Shown: piece by piece, positions 44,729 through 55,723 of the stretch
How positions within the stretch are numbered: position 1 is the stretch's first letter
Layout: each line of letters starts with the position of its first letter
Virus record (IMG/VR): IMGVR_UViG_3300045250_000071
Strand: one strand, 5' to 3'
From: a virus
DNA: 64,000 bases
Translations under genes and position numbers: made by a program
The notes under the pieces: model-generated
Databases searched by the model: none
What the model was told of the DNA's origin: nothing
Seen by the model: only the letters and a program-made list of their open reading frames with translations

Positions 44729-45151
44729 CTACCCCCGGTCATCGAGAATTGGCGGGCGATAATCCCACCCTCGGATATTGAGGATGCGAGAGAGGAAGAA
44801 CAGCTCGGCAAAAATGAGACTGCACAGCTGCGGAACGCGATTGCCTTCGGCGGTGATGATGAGCCAGACGACTTGCGTGAGATAGATCATCAGGCCGGTC
44901 ATGAGCAGGAGGATCGACGCTCGTTCGGCCCACCACCACCGCGAGTAGACGGTGAGGCAGCCGCCGAGCCCGCCGATGAGCATGATGAGGCCCCACACGA
45001 ACGTCAGCGCGGTGCCGAGTTCGTTCTCGATCGTGCGCGGTGGCACGGTGAGACAAGCGATGCCCATGATGACGGCGACGATGTAGCCGACGAGGCCGAC
45101 GGGTCGGTGCCGGGGCGGGTCGAGGAACACACGGACGAGAAATTGCCGCAT
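44729..45151 (-). CDS. 4-TM membrane protein (copy 2)
   Basis: Identical to 3767..4189. Confidence 0.65.
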   Translation of the reverse strand: MRQFLVRVFLDPPRHRPVGLVGYIVAVIMGIACLTVPPRTIENELGTALTFVWGLIMLIGGLGGCLTVYSRWWWAERASILLLMTGLMIYLTQVVWLIITAEGNRVPQLCSLIFAELFFLSRILNIRGWDYRPPILDDRG

Positions 45152-45160
45152 GATCGGCCC

Positions 45161-45964
45161 CTAGTCGCTCGTGGTGAGTGTGATTTCGAGGCCGGCGAGC
45201 GCGTCCTTGAGCGCTCCGTCGATGCGTTTCAGGACGGCGTCCTGGTCGAGCCCGTTCGCTTTCGCGAGCGTCTCGACGGCGGCTCGCAGGGCCTTGATCT
45301 CGGCCTGGGTGTCGAGGGTGCGACCCATGAGCCCGTTCGTGGAGCGCCGGGCCTGGCGAAGTCGCTCACCTGCCGTCTCGGTGGGAATCTGCCCACCGGT
45401 CGGGAGTTTCTTCCCGCCCTCCATTTCGTAGCGCCAGACGGCCGCGGCCGCGGCCTCGGCGATGCTTGCGATCTCTGCCTTCGTGACCACGTCATCCTCC
45501 TTTGGAGTGGGTTTTGCGGGCGAGGTGCCCGAGGTTTTCGAGACGAGCGAGGGTCGCCCGCCGGCGGAGCGGGTCCAGCCGAGGTACTTGTGCCCCTTGC
45601 GGCGCTGGTAATCGTTGAAATCGACGGTGCCGTAGTTGATCGACCCGCCCCGGTCGAGACGGCGCGACACGGCCTTCGAGTCGCCGGTCATGAAAATGAG
45701 CCCGTTGCCGAGCGACCAGCCGACGTGCCCGTCGGGGTACCACTCCCAGAAGTGCACGGCGCCGCGCGGGGCGGCGTACGGGTCGGTGCCGTCGATGCGG
45801 GAGGCGCGGTAGTCGAGCGTCGCCGAGGAGTAGGAGCGATGTGCCTGGCTGCCGGTGTGCGCCCAGATGCCATACCAAATTAGGCGTTCACATTCCTGAT
45901 TCCAATTGAAATACGGTCGGCCTCGGTTCATTTGATCGATGACTTTATCGACGCTGAAACTCAT
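45161..45964 (-). CDS. Endolysin (copy 2)
   Basis: Identical to 4199..5002. Confidence 0.7.
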   Translation of the reverse strand: MSFSVDKVIDQMNRGRPYFNWNQECERLIWYGIWAHTGSQAHRSYSSATLDYRASRIDGTDPYAAPRGAVHFWEWYPDGHVGWSLGNGLIFMTGDSKAVSRRLDRGGSINYGTVDFNDYQRRKGHKYLGWTRSAGGRPSLVSKTSGTSPAKPTPKEDDVVTKAEIASIAEAAAAAVWRYEMEGGKKLPTGGQIPTETAGERLRQARRSTNGLMGRTLDTQAEIKALRAAVETLAKANGLDQDAVLKRIDGALKDALAGLEITLTTSD

Positions 45965-46027
45965 TGTGATTCCTTTGTGAAACGACGAATGCGCCCAGCT
46001 GGTGGGCGCATTCGTCGTTGCGATCGA

Positions 46028-48958
46028 TTACTTCGTGTAGGTGACGGTGATCTTCGTCGCGCCCTTATCGAAATAGCCGTAGGACGAGAGCGAGCCCGCG
46101 TATTTCGGCGTGACGGTGAGGCCACGTGCCGAGATGATAGCCGCGAAATAGCCCGACGGTACCGTGTAGGTCTTCGTCTGACCGTTTGTGATCGCACCTT
46201 CGTTCGTGTTCGTGAACGACGGCATCGTCGCGGGCAGCCCGTTCGTCGGTGTCACTCCGACGTAGAACGAGATGTTCGTCTTCGAGGAGTAGACCTGCGT
46301 GCACCGAACCGTGATCTTTGCCGACTTGATCGTCGCGCCCTGCAGGTCGGAGTAGAACGCGTCCGGCATCGAGAACACGAGCCGCTCCGACATCGCTGCA
46401 CCGAACGCGGAACCAGCGATGAGGATGCGCGGGTCACCTGCTTGCGAGCCGGAGGCCCGGTAGCCGCGCACGCCGCTGGCGGTGTACGTCTTGGTGTATT
46501 GCTTCTTCGTCGGTGGCGCCGGCGTGGTGTTCGCGGGCGTCGTCGCGGTTGCGACGTCGAATGGGATGTCCGGGCCAGCGTCCTCGATGAGGAAGTAGGT
46601 GCCACTGAGTGCGTCGGTGGTGCCCGACCCTGCGTAGAGCGGTGTCGTGCCCGACTTGACGCGACCCGTGTAGCCGATCTCTGTCTCGCCGTCCGCGTTC
46701 GGGGTGAAATAGGAGCCCGGCACGTAGGCGATGAGCAGCTTTCCTTCGGTATCCGACCCGGTCGCGCCAAAACCTTCGTTGACCACGCTCGTGTTGTTCA
46801 TCGAGACCGTCGACCCCGACGACTTGATGCCGAAGTAGCCGGCGTTGTTGCCGCCGAGCGACAACCGCGCCGTGAACCGGTAGAGCCGGTCGGGCAGCGG
46901 TGAGAACTTGTCTCGAATCAGGATGCGTTCGGTCGTCGAGAGCGTCGTGTTTTCAGAGAGTGTGACGGCCGACATCGGGCCACGAGGGCCCTGGTGGTCG
47001 ATGAACGGAACGCCGCCGACCTCGAGCTCGTCGAAGCTGCCGAACCCGCCCCACACGTCACCGGTCGACTGCATGCCGGCCGTGACTTCACCGTCCTGTG
47101 CGACGGCGATGGAGACGTCGCCGTTCGGGCTGATGACGATGATCGGCTGTCGGTTGGCCCAGTCGTCGACCTGTTGGCCGGGCACGACCGGCGCGTAGAA
47201 GACGAGGCCCTGTTCCGTCCAGCGGGCGTTTTCGCCGAGCTGGAACATTTCGACGCCGAGCTTGCCGGCGGCGAACTCGGAGGTGACGAGCTTGTCGAAG
47301 AACGCTTGCGAGGCGGTGATCTTCTCGGCGGTGACGGAGCCGGTCGCGAGCATGTCGCGCGTGATGATCGACGTCAGCGCTTGGAGCCGGTCGACGACCG
47401 CGAGACGCGCCCACACCTGGTTGATTGCCGCGACGTTGAGGTTCGCGACACCGGTCGAGGTGAGGTTCGTCATCATCGCGTCAACGAAAACACCGACCGC
47501 GGCCGCGACTTCCTGCGCGGCGACGTGGCGAGCCTTGATCGAGCCATCGACGATGAGCTCGCCCTGCGTGCGAGGCCGCAGACGCAGCCCGGCGACCGAG
47601 ATGACCGCTTGCCGTTCCGTGCCGGCGGAGTGGTTGAAATACGTCGTTCCGAGCCGCAGGTGGGTCGTGGTCGAGAGCGGGTTGATGACGATCTGGTACT
47701 TCGTCCACTCGGTTGGCACGGGGTTGACGACGAGCGGGTACGAGCCGGTTGAGACGTTCTCGCTCGTTGCGCCGGGGAGAACGGTGTTGCTGCCGGTGCC
47801 GTGCGCCGCGGCCTGGTTGCGCAGCTCGAATACGATGCGGGAGCCGGGCTTGTCGGCCTTGAGCCACACCTCGAACAGCAGCTGGCCACCGTCGACGGGC
47901 TTGAGGGTGTCGGTGGTGGCCATGCTGCCCATGCCGGCAGCCGTGGTGAACGCGCCGGCCTCGCCGGCGGCGACGTCGGTCGTCTGCCATGTGAGCGAGG
48001 GGTGCGCCGCCCAGCCGCCCTTAGAGCCGAGCTCGCCGGCGCCGTTGTCGATGAGGTTCACGGGCTGCGCGGCGATGACGACGCGTTCGGCGTAGAGCCG
48101 GGTGAGGAACGCGTCGTCGGCGAGCAGCGTCGATATCACTGCGGCCTGGAACTTCGAGGTTCCGGATGCGGTGAGTTTGCCGACGTCGAGGTCGCCGATC
48201 TTGCCGTTCGTGACCGCGAGGTCACCGATCTGCGCGGTGCCGATGGCGGCGTCACCCATCTGTGCGCGCCCGATGGCTTTGTCACCGATGAAGTCTTGGC
48301 CGACCTTGACCTGGGTCCACGTTGTCGCGCCGGTGAGGACGTAGCGCCGCTGCGTAATGCTGCCCGAGCGGACTTCCCACACCGCGCCGAGCGGCTTACC
48401 GATCGCGTCGGCCGTGGTCGGGTTCGCCGTGGCAACGGTGTAGCGGCCGTCAGCGGTCGACGCGCGATCCGAAGCGTCGTTCGCCTTGTTGAGTGCCTCG
48501 AGAGCACTCGCCCCGGCGGCGTCAGCGTCGTCCTTCGCGGTATTGGCGGTGTTCGTTGCGGTCTGCGCGGCGTTCCATGCGTTCGTCGCGGCGGTGGCTG
48601 CGGCAGTGATGTCGGTGTCGAGGTCGGTGAGTTCCTGCTCCGCCGCGTCGAGCCGCTCCTGCGCCGCGGCGATCGCGGTCTCGTGTGCCTCGAATTGCTC
48701 AGTGAAGTCGCCGGTGGATGTCTCGAGCGCCTCCTCAGCGTCGGTGAGTCGCTGCCGGGCGGCGTCGAGTTCCTCGTCGAGCGTGTCGAGGTCCTCGAGG
48801 AGGTTGCGGGATGGGATATCGGAGATGCCCTCGGGCGCGTCGTGCGGGCTCTGCACCTCGAGCGACGTCGTCGCGCGGCCGAGACCCTGCAGGCTCGAGG
48901 CCTGCACGCCGGAGAGTATCGACGCGAGCGTCGGACGCACACGGTATTTCCGCACCAC
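46028..48958 (-). CDS. Large minor tail protein / fibre (copy 2)
   Basis: Identical to 5066..7996. Confidence 0.8.
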   Translation of the reverse strand: MVRKYRVRPTLASILSGVQASSLQGLGRATTSLEVQSPHDAPEGISDIPSRNLLEDLDTLDEELDAARQRLTDAEEALETSTGDFTEQFEAHETAIAAAQERLDAAEQELTDLDTDITAAATAATNAWNAAQTATNTANTAKDDADAAGASALEALNKANDASDRASTADGRYTVATANPTTADAIGKPLGAVWEVRSGSITQRRYVLTGATTWTQVKVGQDFIGDKAIGRAQMGDAAIGTAQIGDLAVTNGKIGDLDVGKLTASGTSKFQAAVISTLLADDAFLTRLYAERVVIAAQPVNLIDNGAGELGSKGGWAAHPSLTWQTTDVAAGEAGAFTTAAGMGSMATTDTLKPVDGGQLLFEVWLKADKPGSRIVFELRNQAAAHGTGSNTVLPGATSENVSTGSYPLVVNPVPTEWTKYQIVINPLSTTTHLRLGTTYFNHSAGTERQAVISVAGLRLRPRTQGELIVDGSIKARHVAAQEVAAAVGVFVDAMMTNLTSTGVANLNVAAINQVWARLAVVDRLQALTSIITRDMLATGSVTAEKITASQAFFDKLVTSEFAAGKLGVEMFQLGENARWTEQGLVFYAPVVPGQQVDDWANRQPIIVISPNGDVSIAVAQDGEVTAGMQSTGDVWGGFGSFDELEVGGVPFIDHQGPRGPMSAVTLSENTTLSTTERILIRDKFSPLPDRLYRFTARLSLGGNNAGYFGIKSSGSTVSMNNTSVVNEGFGATGSDTEGKLLIAYVPGSYFTPNADGETEIGYTGRVKSGTTPLYAGSGTTDALSGTYFLIEDAGPDIPFDVATATTPANTTPAPPTKKQYTKTYTASGVRGYRASGSQAGDPRILIAGSAFGAAMSERLVFSMPDAFYSDLQGATIKSAKITVRCTQVYSSKTNISFYVGVTPTNGLPATMPSFTNTNEGAITNGQTKTYTVPSGYFAAIISARGLTVTPKYAGSLSSYGYFDKGATKITVTYTK

Positions 48959-48969
48959 GAGGGAACCTC

Positions 48970-50127
48970 CTACACGTTGTCGAGGATGAGAGGGTCAAAC
49001 GTCAGCGTGAGCATGTCGCTCTCGGTGCCCGAGAACTCGAGGATGCGCAGGCGGTACGTGCCATCCGCGAGCGCGGGGTGGTCGCGGACGGTGACGTTGG
49101 CGATTTCGCCGGGCCAGAATTTGCCGAGTGGGGTGACGCCGTCGGCTCGGACTTGGAGCGAGAGTTGCAGTACCGGGTAGGGGTTGAGCATGCCCTGGGC
49201 GAGGGCGGCGAGCCGGCCGGTTTTGTCGCCCTCTTTGGTGATTTGGCCGTCGGTGACGGTCGTTTCTCGGATGGGCCAGCCGGCGGGGACAGGGATGGAC
49301 TGGAGAGTGAGGTACGTGCCGACGTCTTGGCCGTCGCCGATGCCGTACGCGCGGTGCACGATCGGCGCGGCGGAGAGGTCGGCCGAGAGTTGGCCGACGC
49401 TCGGGGAGCCGAGTTCCCAGTCGTGGATGACGTCTTGCCCGATGTAGGGGTCTTCGTCGGTGCCGGTGAGCATCTGCCACTCGAAATACCGGTCATCGAC
49501 GATGACGGGCCGGAAGTCGATATCGGGCCCGTTCTGCACGTTCGAGAGGTTCTCGAGGAGGTGGTGGGCGTCGAGGTTCGGGACGTTGAACGCCTGGTAT
49601 GTGCGTTCGTGCGTTCCTTTGCGTTCGGGCAGAAACGTGATCGGGAGCGCACCGGAGGCTTTCTCGAGCACGGTCGAGACGATGCGGCGCGCGATCGTGC
49701 CGAGCGACAGCTTCGTCCAGCGGTACTGCTTCTTCGCGCTGAACCCATCCTCGGGCACGAGATAGCGCTGTTTCAGCAGCTGCGTGTAGCCGACGACCTC
49801 GAGCTCGACCCCGACCGTGGTGATGCGGACAGTGTCACCGATCGGGCCACCGATGATCGGGACGCCGTTGTAGAGCAGCATGATGCCGATACGGGAGGGC
49901 ATGAGCAGGTCGCGGAGGCGGGCTTGCCAGTCGGGCCGGTCGCGTGCGATGAGGTGTGCGAGGGAGTCGACCGACCAGCGCAGGCCCGACGAGGACTGGT
50001 TCGCGAGGTTCTGCGGCGGTGCGAGAATCTTCCCGTCACGCACGGTACGGGTGAACGAGAACGGCACCAGCGGGAGTTCGCCGAGCCGGAGCCCGTCGAC
50101 CGTCTGAAACCGCTCCATCGTCCACAC
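48970..50127 (-). CDS. Minor tail protein (copy 2)
   Basis: Identical to 8008..9165. Confidence 0.75.
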   Translation of the reverse strand: MWTMERFQTVDGLRLGELPLVPFSFTRTVRDGKILAPPQNLANQSSSGLRWSVDSLAHLIARDRPDWQARLRDLLMPSRIGIMLLYNGVPIIGGPIGDTVRITTVGVELEVVGYTQLLKQRYLVPEDGFSAKKQYRWTKLSLGTIARRIVSTVLEKASGALPITFLPERKGTHERTYQAFNVPNLDAHHLLENLSNVQNGPDIDFRPVIVDDRYFEWQMLTGTDEDPYIGQDVIHDWELGSPSVGQLSADLSAAPIVHRAYGIGDGQDVGTYLTLQSIPVPAGWPIRETTVTDGQITKEGDKTGRLAALAQGMLNPYPVLQLSLQVRADGVTPLGKFWPGEIANVTVRDHPALADGTYRLRILEFSGTESDMLTLTFDPLILDNV

Positions 50128-50129
50128 CG

Positions 50130-51023
50130 TTAATCAACTCCTCGGTCTTCGACGAGCAGCGTCGTGCCCGGGTACTGCCGGCCGCTGAACACGCCGTGGC
50201 GCTGGTACATCAAGTCGCCGGTGATGTGCTCGCGGGTGTAGGCGATGGTGGTGTTGCCGGCCGGGAGGTCGACGACATAGACCATGTAGCCGGTGCTATA
50301 GCGGCCCAGGTAGTGGTAGTGCGACGCGAACGCCTCGGCACCGTTCACGAGGATGCGGTAGAGCGCGACGCCGTCAGCGTCGACGTCGAGCGTGGCGACG
50401 GTCGGGGCGATCGAGATCGCGACCGTGCGCGGCGTCGGCAGCTTGATCGTGGCCGCGCCGAGCGTCACCCGCCCCTGAGTCACGAGCCCGGATTGGGTGT
50501 CGACGAACCGGTGCAGCACGCCGAGCGATGCACCGTACGGGATGGCGTAGTCGCCGCGGGCGATGAGCGTGGCCTGCGAGGTGCGGGTGATGCCGGAGGG
50601 AATCTGGTAGACGGCGAGGATGACTGCGCCGGTCGGGATGGCCGGCTGCGAGGGCGATGCCGATGCGCCGCCCTGCGTGACGCCGAGAACCGATTGGTTC
50701 GACGGGTCGCCCTTGTCGGGGTCGAGCTGGCGCGCCCAGACGACGTCGATGCGGGAGCCCGACGAGGGCGCGGCGGTCGTCGTGACGGTGCCGGTCGGGA
50801 CGACGAACTTCGTCGCGCCGTCAGCGCCGGAGCGGGAGCCGACGGCGACCGAGACCGGGTCGCTGCCGGGCCCGACCGAGAAGTTCATGACCGACGGCGA
50901 CGTCGACACGACGGCACCCATGACGATGCCGAGGTTGTGGTAGTCGCTGCGGACGAGGAGGCGGTCGTCGAGCGGCGACCGGCCGACGTCGCCGATCTTC
51001 TTGATTCCAATACCAACCGACAC
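50130..51023 (-). CDS. Minor tail protein (copy 2)
   Basis: Identical to 9168..10061. Confidence 0.75.
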   Translation of the reverse strand: MSVGIGIKKIGDVGRSPLDDRLLVRSDYHNLGIVMGAVVSTSPSVMNFSVGPGSDPVSVAVGSRSGADGATKFVVPTGTVTTTAAPSSGSRIDVVWARQLDPDKGDPSNQSVLGVTQGGASASPSQPAIPTGAVILAVYQIPSGITRTSQATLIARGDYAIPYGASLGVLHRFVDTQSGLVTQGRVTLGAATIKLPTPRTVAISIAPTVATLDVDADGVALYRILVNGAEAFASHYHYLGRYSTGYMVYVVDLPAGNTTIAYTREHITGDLMYQRHGVFSGRQYPGTTLLVEDRGVD

Positions 51024-51034
51024 GTGGTTCTCCT

Positions 51035-51862
51035 CTAGATGTAGGCGTCGCGGGCGATGAGCGTCGCGAAGGTCTGTCCGACCGGGGTGTCGGTGCGGGG
51101 GTGCAGCGACACGGTGAGGCTGCCGCCGGCGGGGATGTCGAACCACGCTCGGCGCGTGGCGAGCTCGGTTCGGGGCACGCCGCCGACCATGATCGTGCGG
51201 TGCCGGCAATCGACGGTGACGGGTGCGCCGGGCCACACGTCGCCGGTGTAGTCGATGACGCGGCCGGCGCCGTCCTCGAGCATGAACCCGCCGGGGAGGG
51301 TGCCCTGTACCTCGATGACGGGCCACGAGGTGGTTGTGCCGCGGTTGGTCGCGATCGCGATTGCGCCGTCGTCGCTGCCGTAGTCGATCGGGTAGTCGAT
51401 CGGGTAGTCGATGCCGCCACGGCGGGCTCCGGCGAGGACGGTGACGTTCTGCGCTTCGGTCGAGTAGCGGGTCGGGTCGGGCGCGGTCACCGTGACGGTG
51501 AACAGGCCCGTGCTCTCCCAGCGTGAGCCGAAGCTGGTTTCGATCCAGCCCTCGACGGAGGTGTCGTCGACGTCGTCGACGCGCACCTCCACGAGGCTGT
51601 GTCCGAGCGTGTTGAACCGGTTGTACACCTCGATGGCGCTCTCACGAGTGTCGCCGAGGTGCGCGAGGTTGAACGTTGCTGTGCGGGGCGAGTAGACGAC
51701 CGAGCGGGGACGGAACGAGCCGTCCGCCCCCGCTCGGTCGTCGAGGCTGGTCTTCACTCCGGGGAGGTCGTACCAGCCGCTGATACCGCCGTCGGTGACG
51801 ATGACGTCATCATTGGGGTCGGCGCCGCCGCCGATCTCGATGCCACCAATCCACACTCGCAT
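51035..51862 (-). CDS. Distal tail protein (copy 2)
   Basis: Identical to 10073..10900. Confidence 0.8.
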   Translation of the reverse strand: MRVWIGGIEIGGGADPNDDVIVTDGGISGWYDLPGVKTSLDDRAGADGSFRPRSVVYSPRTATFNLAHLGDTRESAIEVYNRFNTLGHSLVEVRVDDVDDTSVEGWIETSFGSRWESTGLFTVTVTAPDPTRYSTEAQNVTVLAGARRGGIDYPIDYPIDYGSDDGAIAIATNRGTTTSWPVIEVQGTLPGGFMLEDGAGRVIDYTGDVWPGAPVTVDCRHRTIMVGGVPRTELATRRAWFDIPAGGSLTVSLHPRTDTPVGQTFATLIARDAYI

Positions 51863-51875
51863 GCAGCTTCTCCGA

Positions 51876-54800
51876 TCACATCTCGCGGACGACAGCCGCT
51901 GCGAGCCGGTCGCCGATCACGTTCGGATCAGACGTCGGCATGTAGTTCTTCTGGTAGATGTTCACGTCGCCTCGGCGCATGTCATCCCACTGGTCAGACG
52001 TGAGCACCGGCTCGGGCTTGCCCGTCGCGTTGTACGCGAGCGTGAGCCCGGGTTGTAGCCAGCCACCCTCGTCGTACAGGTTCGGGATGACGCCACCGAA
52101 TGCCGCGCGCCAGTCGAAGTGCGGCGGCAGCTTCTCCTCGTCGAGGTCACCGAACACGCCACCGTCGCGAGCGACGTGGATGTGGTCGTAGTGGCCCGCG
52201 ACTTGCCAGAGAATCTGACGCCAGCCGCCCATCGCGCGGATGGTGCTCGCAGCTGCGAACATCGCCGACTGTGTACCTGCCATGTCGACGGCTGGGTTCA
52301 TCCAGTCCGCGTGGTAGGTGTTTTTGCGTCGGCCAAGCGCGGCGTTGCGTGCAGGGGTATCCCACGTCGACGTGACGTAGAGGCCGTGCTTCTGGATCAC
52401 CGGGATGAGGCGAGCGAGCGCGCGGCCACCGTGGAAGCCCTGGTAGGAGATTCCACCGCCGACCCCAGGCACGAGGTCGTAGCCGCCGTCCTCGCCGCCG
52501 GGCGCGAACATCTCGTCGATCTTCTTCTTGAACCACTCGCCGATGCCCTTGACTGCGGCGATGGGCCAGCCGACGATTGCCTCGCCGAGCATGCCACCAC
52601 CGATGTTGTTGAGCATGTCCTTGACGGGCTCGAGCACGATGCGTTCGATCGCGCCGAGCGGGTCAGCGATGACGGCGCCGATGTTGTTGGCGACGTCGGA
52701 CACGAACCCGGTGATGTTGTTCACCGCGTCCGCTGCCCAGTCCCAGATACCGCCATCGGCGAAGTGGGTCTGGCCGGCGTTCGAGCGTGCCGCGTTCACC
52801 CGGTCGAGCCAGGGCTTACCGCCGAGCGCGCGGAGCGCGTCCGGGCGGATGATGCCCTCACCGCCGGAGAGGTGGAGCATGCCGCCGGTTGGCGAGTAGA
52901 ACTTGTGCACGTCACGGCCCGGTGTGTAGCCGGGCAGGACACCACCGGAGGCCAGCGCGATCGGTTCGATCGTGGGCATGCGCAGATCGAGCCCGACGCC
53001 CTTCGCGATGCCGTCGATCAGCGCCTTGATGCCGTCGTTGTATACGGTGTTGATCACGAAGTTGATCGGCGCGACCGCAGCTTTCTTGATCGCATCCCAA
53101 ACGTCCTTGATGACGTCTCGCATCCCCTCGAACGCCGTACCGATGCCATCGGTAACGGTCGTGAAAATGGGGCTGAGCGTGTCGCGGAACCACGCGCCGA
53201 CGACGTCGATCGCTCCCTTAATGCTCTCCCAGACCGGCGAGATGATGTTCTCGTAGAGCCAGGTGAAAATCGGGGCGAGGGTGTCTCGCACGACGGTGAC
53301 GATCGCGGTGAAAATGATCTGCACCGCGGCCCAGTAGACGCCGATCACGGTCGAGATCGCGTTCCAAATCGGCTTGATGATGTTCTCGTACAGCCACGTG
53401 AAAATCGGCCCCAGAACGTCCGAGATGAACGCGACGATTCCTGAGAAGATGGCGCCGACGACGGTGATCGCGCCCTGAATGACGGGTACGAGCGCCGCGA
53501 ACACGGTGCTCACGACCTCGAGCAGCCACTGAATCACGGGGACGAGGGCCTCGAGGATGAGCGTCACGATCGGCATCAGCGCGTTGATGATCTGCGTCGC
53601 GATCGGTAGCACGACCGCGACGATCTGCGTGAACACGGGCAGGAACGTCGCCAGGAGTTGGACGACGACCTGCGCGATCTGCTGTATCACCGGCACGAGC
53701 GCCGCCGCGAGCATCGTGATCAGCGGGGTTACGGCAGCGATCAGCTGCTGAAACACCGGCATGAGCTGCGCGACGAACGTTTGGATCAGTGGTGCGACCG
53801 CGGCTGCGACCTCGCCGATCACCGTCGCGATCTCGCCGAACGCCGCGCCGAGCGAGCTTTGCAGCTCGGGCGACGACGCGATGAGCGCGCCGATGAGGCC
53901 GACGATGATGCCGACCGGCCCGAACGCTACCTTCATGATCGGGCCGAGCTTCGTGAACAGGCCGGTCAGCTTGCCGCCGGCGCCGAGGAGACCACCGAAG
54001 CCCGAGGCGAGCGCGCCGATACCGCCGACGGCGCCACCGACAATGCTCGTGATCTTGCCGAACACGAGCAGCGCGGGCCCGATCGCTGCCGCGATGCCGG
54101 CGACCTTGAGGATGACGCCCTGCATCTCGGGGTTGAGGTTCTGCCACCACGTGACAGCGGTGCGAATCTTCTCGATCATCGTCGCGAATGCCGCGCCGAC
54201 CTTCTCGCCGAGCTCGGCAGCCTTCGGGGTGATGTTGTCGAGCGCGCCCGTGAAATCGGCCATGAGCGGCTTGAGCTGCGAGAAGAAGCCGCCGCCCTCG
54301 CCGCCGGCGTCGAGGAACGCGGCACCGACACGGCTGATGGCCGCTTTGACGTTGTCCCATGCGCCGACGAACGACGTTTGGCCCATGATCTGGGCGGCGC
54401 CGCCGAGGCCCGTCTCGAGGGCGTTCTGGAAGTCCGCGAAGCCGATCTCACCGGCCGAGGCAAGCTTGTAGACCTCTTCGGCGGTGACGCCGAGCTCCTG
54501 CGCGAGGAATTGCACGATCGGCACGCCGGCATCGCCGAGCTGCGCGAGCACGTCGCCCTGTGCCTTGCCGGAGGCCGCGACCTTGTTGAAGATCGAGCCC
54601 ATCGATTGCATGTCGACGCCGGCGATGGCCGCAGCGTCACCGACGAGCGAGAGCGTGCGTTCGAGGTCGTTGCCGGGCTTCACGCCCGCGGCGACCGCCG
54701 CAGCGGCCACGTTCGCGGCGTCGCCGAGGCCGAACGCGGTGCCCTTCACCGCAGCAAGCGCCGAGTCCATGATCAGCTCGACCGACTCGGTCGAGTGGCC

Positions 54801-55712
54801 GAGCGCCTGCAGCTTGGACTGCGCGGTGTCGATGCCGACGAGGCGCTTGAAGCCGAGCGTCGCTGCGAGGGCCGATGCTGCGCCAGCAGCTGCGAGCAGC
54901 GGCGTGGCGAGCGTCATGAACTGCCCGCCGAGCGTGGACGCGCTATTCGCGAGCGACGACAGCTGGCCGGCCGCGGTGGTGAGTGCGCCACCGACTGCGC
55001 TCAGCGCGCCGCCAGCGACCGAGCGCACGGCGTTGAACGCCGATGCGACGGCGCTGGCGGATGCCGAGAACACGCTGCTGATCGTCGAGCCGATCGGCGC
55101 CACGCGTGCGCTCAGCTTGCCGAACACGTCAGAGACGGATGTGACCGCCGAGCGGACAGCGGTCACGCCGCGAGCAGCTGCGCCGCCGAGCGAGCCGGCA
55201 ATGCCGCTAAACGACGACGCGGCGACGCTCGAGTTCGCGAAGCCCTCGCGGAGGCGTGCGACTACGTCGAGACCGGGCTGCACTGCGGTGCGTAGCCGGC
55301 CACCGATCGAGCCAGCGATGCCGCTGAACGTGGACGCGGCCACGCGGGAATCGTTGAAACCCTGCGTGAACCGGCCGGTGATGTTCTGAATCTGCTTCGC
55401 GATCGGGTCGAGCGCGCGGCGGGTCTGCCCGCCGAGGGTGCCGAAGCCGCCCGTGAACGCGGACTGCGCTGCACGAGCATCACGGAAGCCGGCGACGAAG
55501 TCGCGCAGCGGCGCAGCGGCGTCGCTCACGTGCTTGCGCGCGGCCTTCATGCCGTCGCCGAGGGCGGCGGTGAAGTCGCCGCCGAGCGACTTGCCGACCT
55601 TCTTGACGTCGATGCCGGCGAGCTCCGCGGTGATGGCCTTGCTGGCTCCGCGGAGCGAGGGCACGATCTGTACCCAGGCTGCGCCGAAATCGAAACCGTT
55701 CTGCGCAGCCAC
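51876..55712 (-). CDS. Tape measure protein (copy 2)
   Basis: Identical to 10914..14750. Confidence 0.92.
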   Translation of the reverse strand: MAAQNGFDFGAAWVQIVPSLRGASKAITAELAGIDVKKVGKSLGGDFTAALGDGMKAARKHVSDAAAPLRDFVAGFRDARAAQSAFTGGFGTLGGQTRRALDPIAKQIQNITGRFTQGFNDSRVAASTFSGIAGSIGGRLRTAVQPGLDVVARLREGFANSSVAASSFSGIAGSLGGAAARGVTAVRSAVTSVSDVFGKLSARVAPIGSTISSVFSASASAVASAFNAVRSVAGGALSAVGGALTTAAGQLSSLANSASTLGGQFMTLATPLLAAAGAASALAATLGFKRLVGIDTAQSKLQALGHSTESVELIMDSALAAVKGTAFGLGDAANVAAAAVAAGVKPGNDLERTLSLVGDAAAIAGVDMQSMGSIFNKVAASGKAQGDVLAQLGDAGVPIVQFLAQELGVTAEEVYKLASAGEIGFADFQNALETGLGGAAQIMGQTSFVGAWDNVKAAISRVGAAFLDAGGEGGGFFSQLKPLMADFTGALDNITPKAAELGEKVGAAFATMIEKIRTAVTWWQNLNPEMQGVILKVAGIAAAIGPALLVFGKITSIVGGAVGGIGALASGFGGLLGAGGKLTGLFTKLGPIMKVAFGPVGIIVGLIGALIASSPELQSSLGAAFGEIATVIGEVAAAVAPLIQTFVAQLMPVFQQLIAAVTPLITMLAAALVPVIQQIAQVVVQLLATFLPVFTQIVAVVLPIATQIINALMPIVTLILEALVPVIQWLLEVVSTVFAALVPVIQGAITVVGAIFSGIVAFISDVLGPIFTWLYENIIKPIWNAISTVIGVYWAAVQIIFTAIVTVVRDTLAPIFTWLYENIISPVWESIKGAIDVVGAWFRDTLSPIFTTVTDGIGTAFEGMRDVIKDVWDAIKKAAVAPINFVINTVYNDGIKALIDGIAKGVGLDLRMPTIEPIALASGGVLPGYTPGRDVHKFYSPTGGMLHLSGGEGIIRPDALRALGGKPWLDRVNAARSNAGQTHFADGGIWDWAADAVNNITGFVSDVANNIGAVIADPLGAIERIVLEPVKDMLNNIGGGMLGEAIVGWPIAAVKGIGEWFKKKIDEMFAPGGEDGGYDLVPGVGGGISYQGFHGGRALARLIPVIQKHGLYVTSTWDTPARNAALGRRKNTYHADWMNPAVDMAGTQSAMFAAASTIRAMGGWRQILWQVAGHYDHIHVARDGGVFGDLDEEKLPPHFDWRAAFGGVIPNLYDEGGWLQPGLTLAYNATGKPEPVLTSDQWDDMRRGDVNIYQKNYMPTSDPNVIGDRLAAAVVREM

Positions 55713-55723
55713 GGGCACCTCCG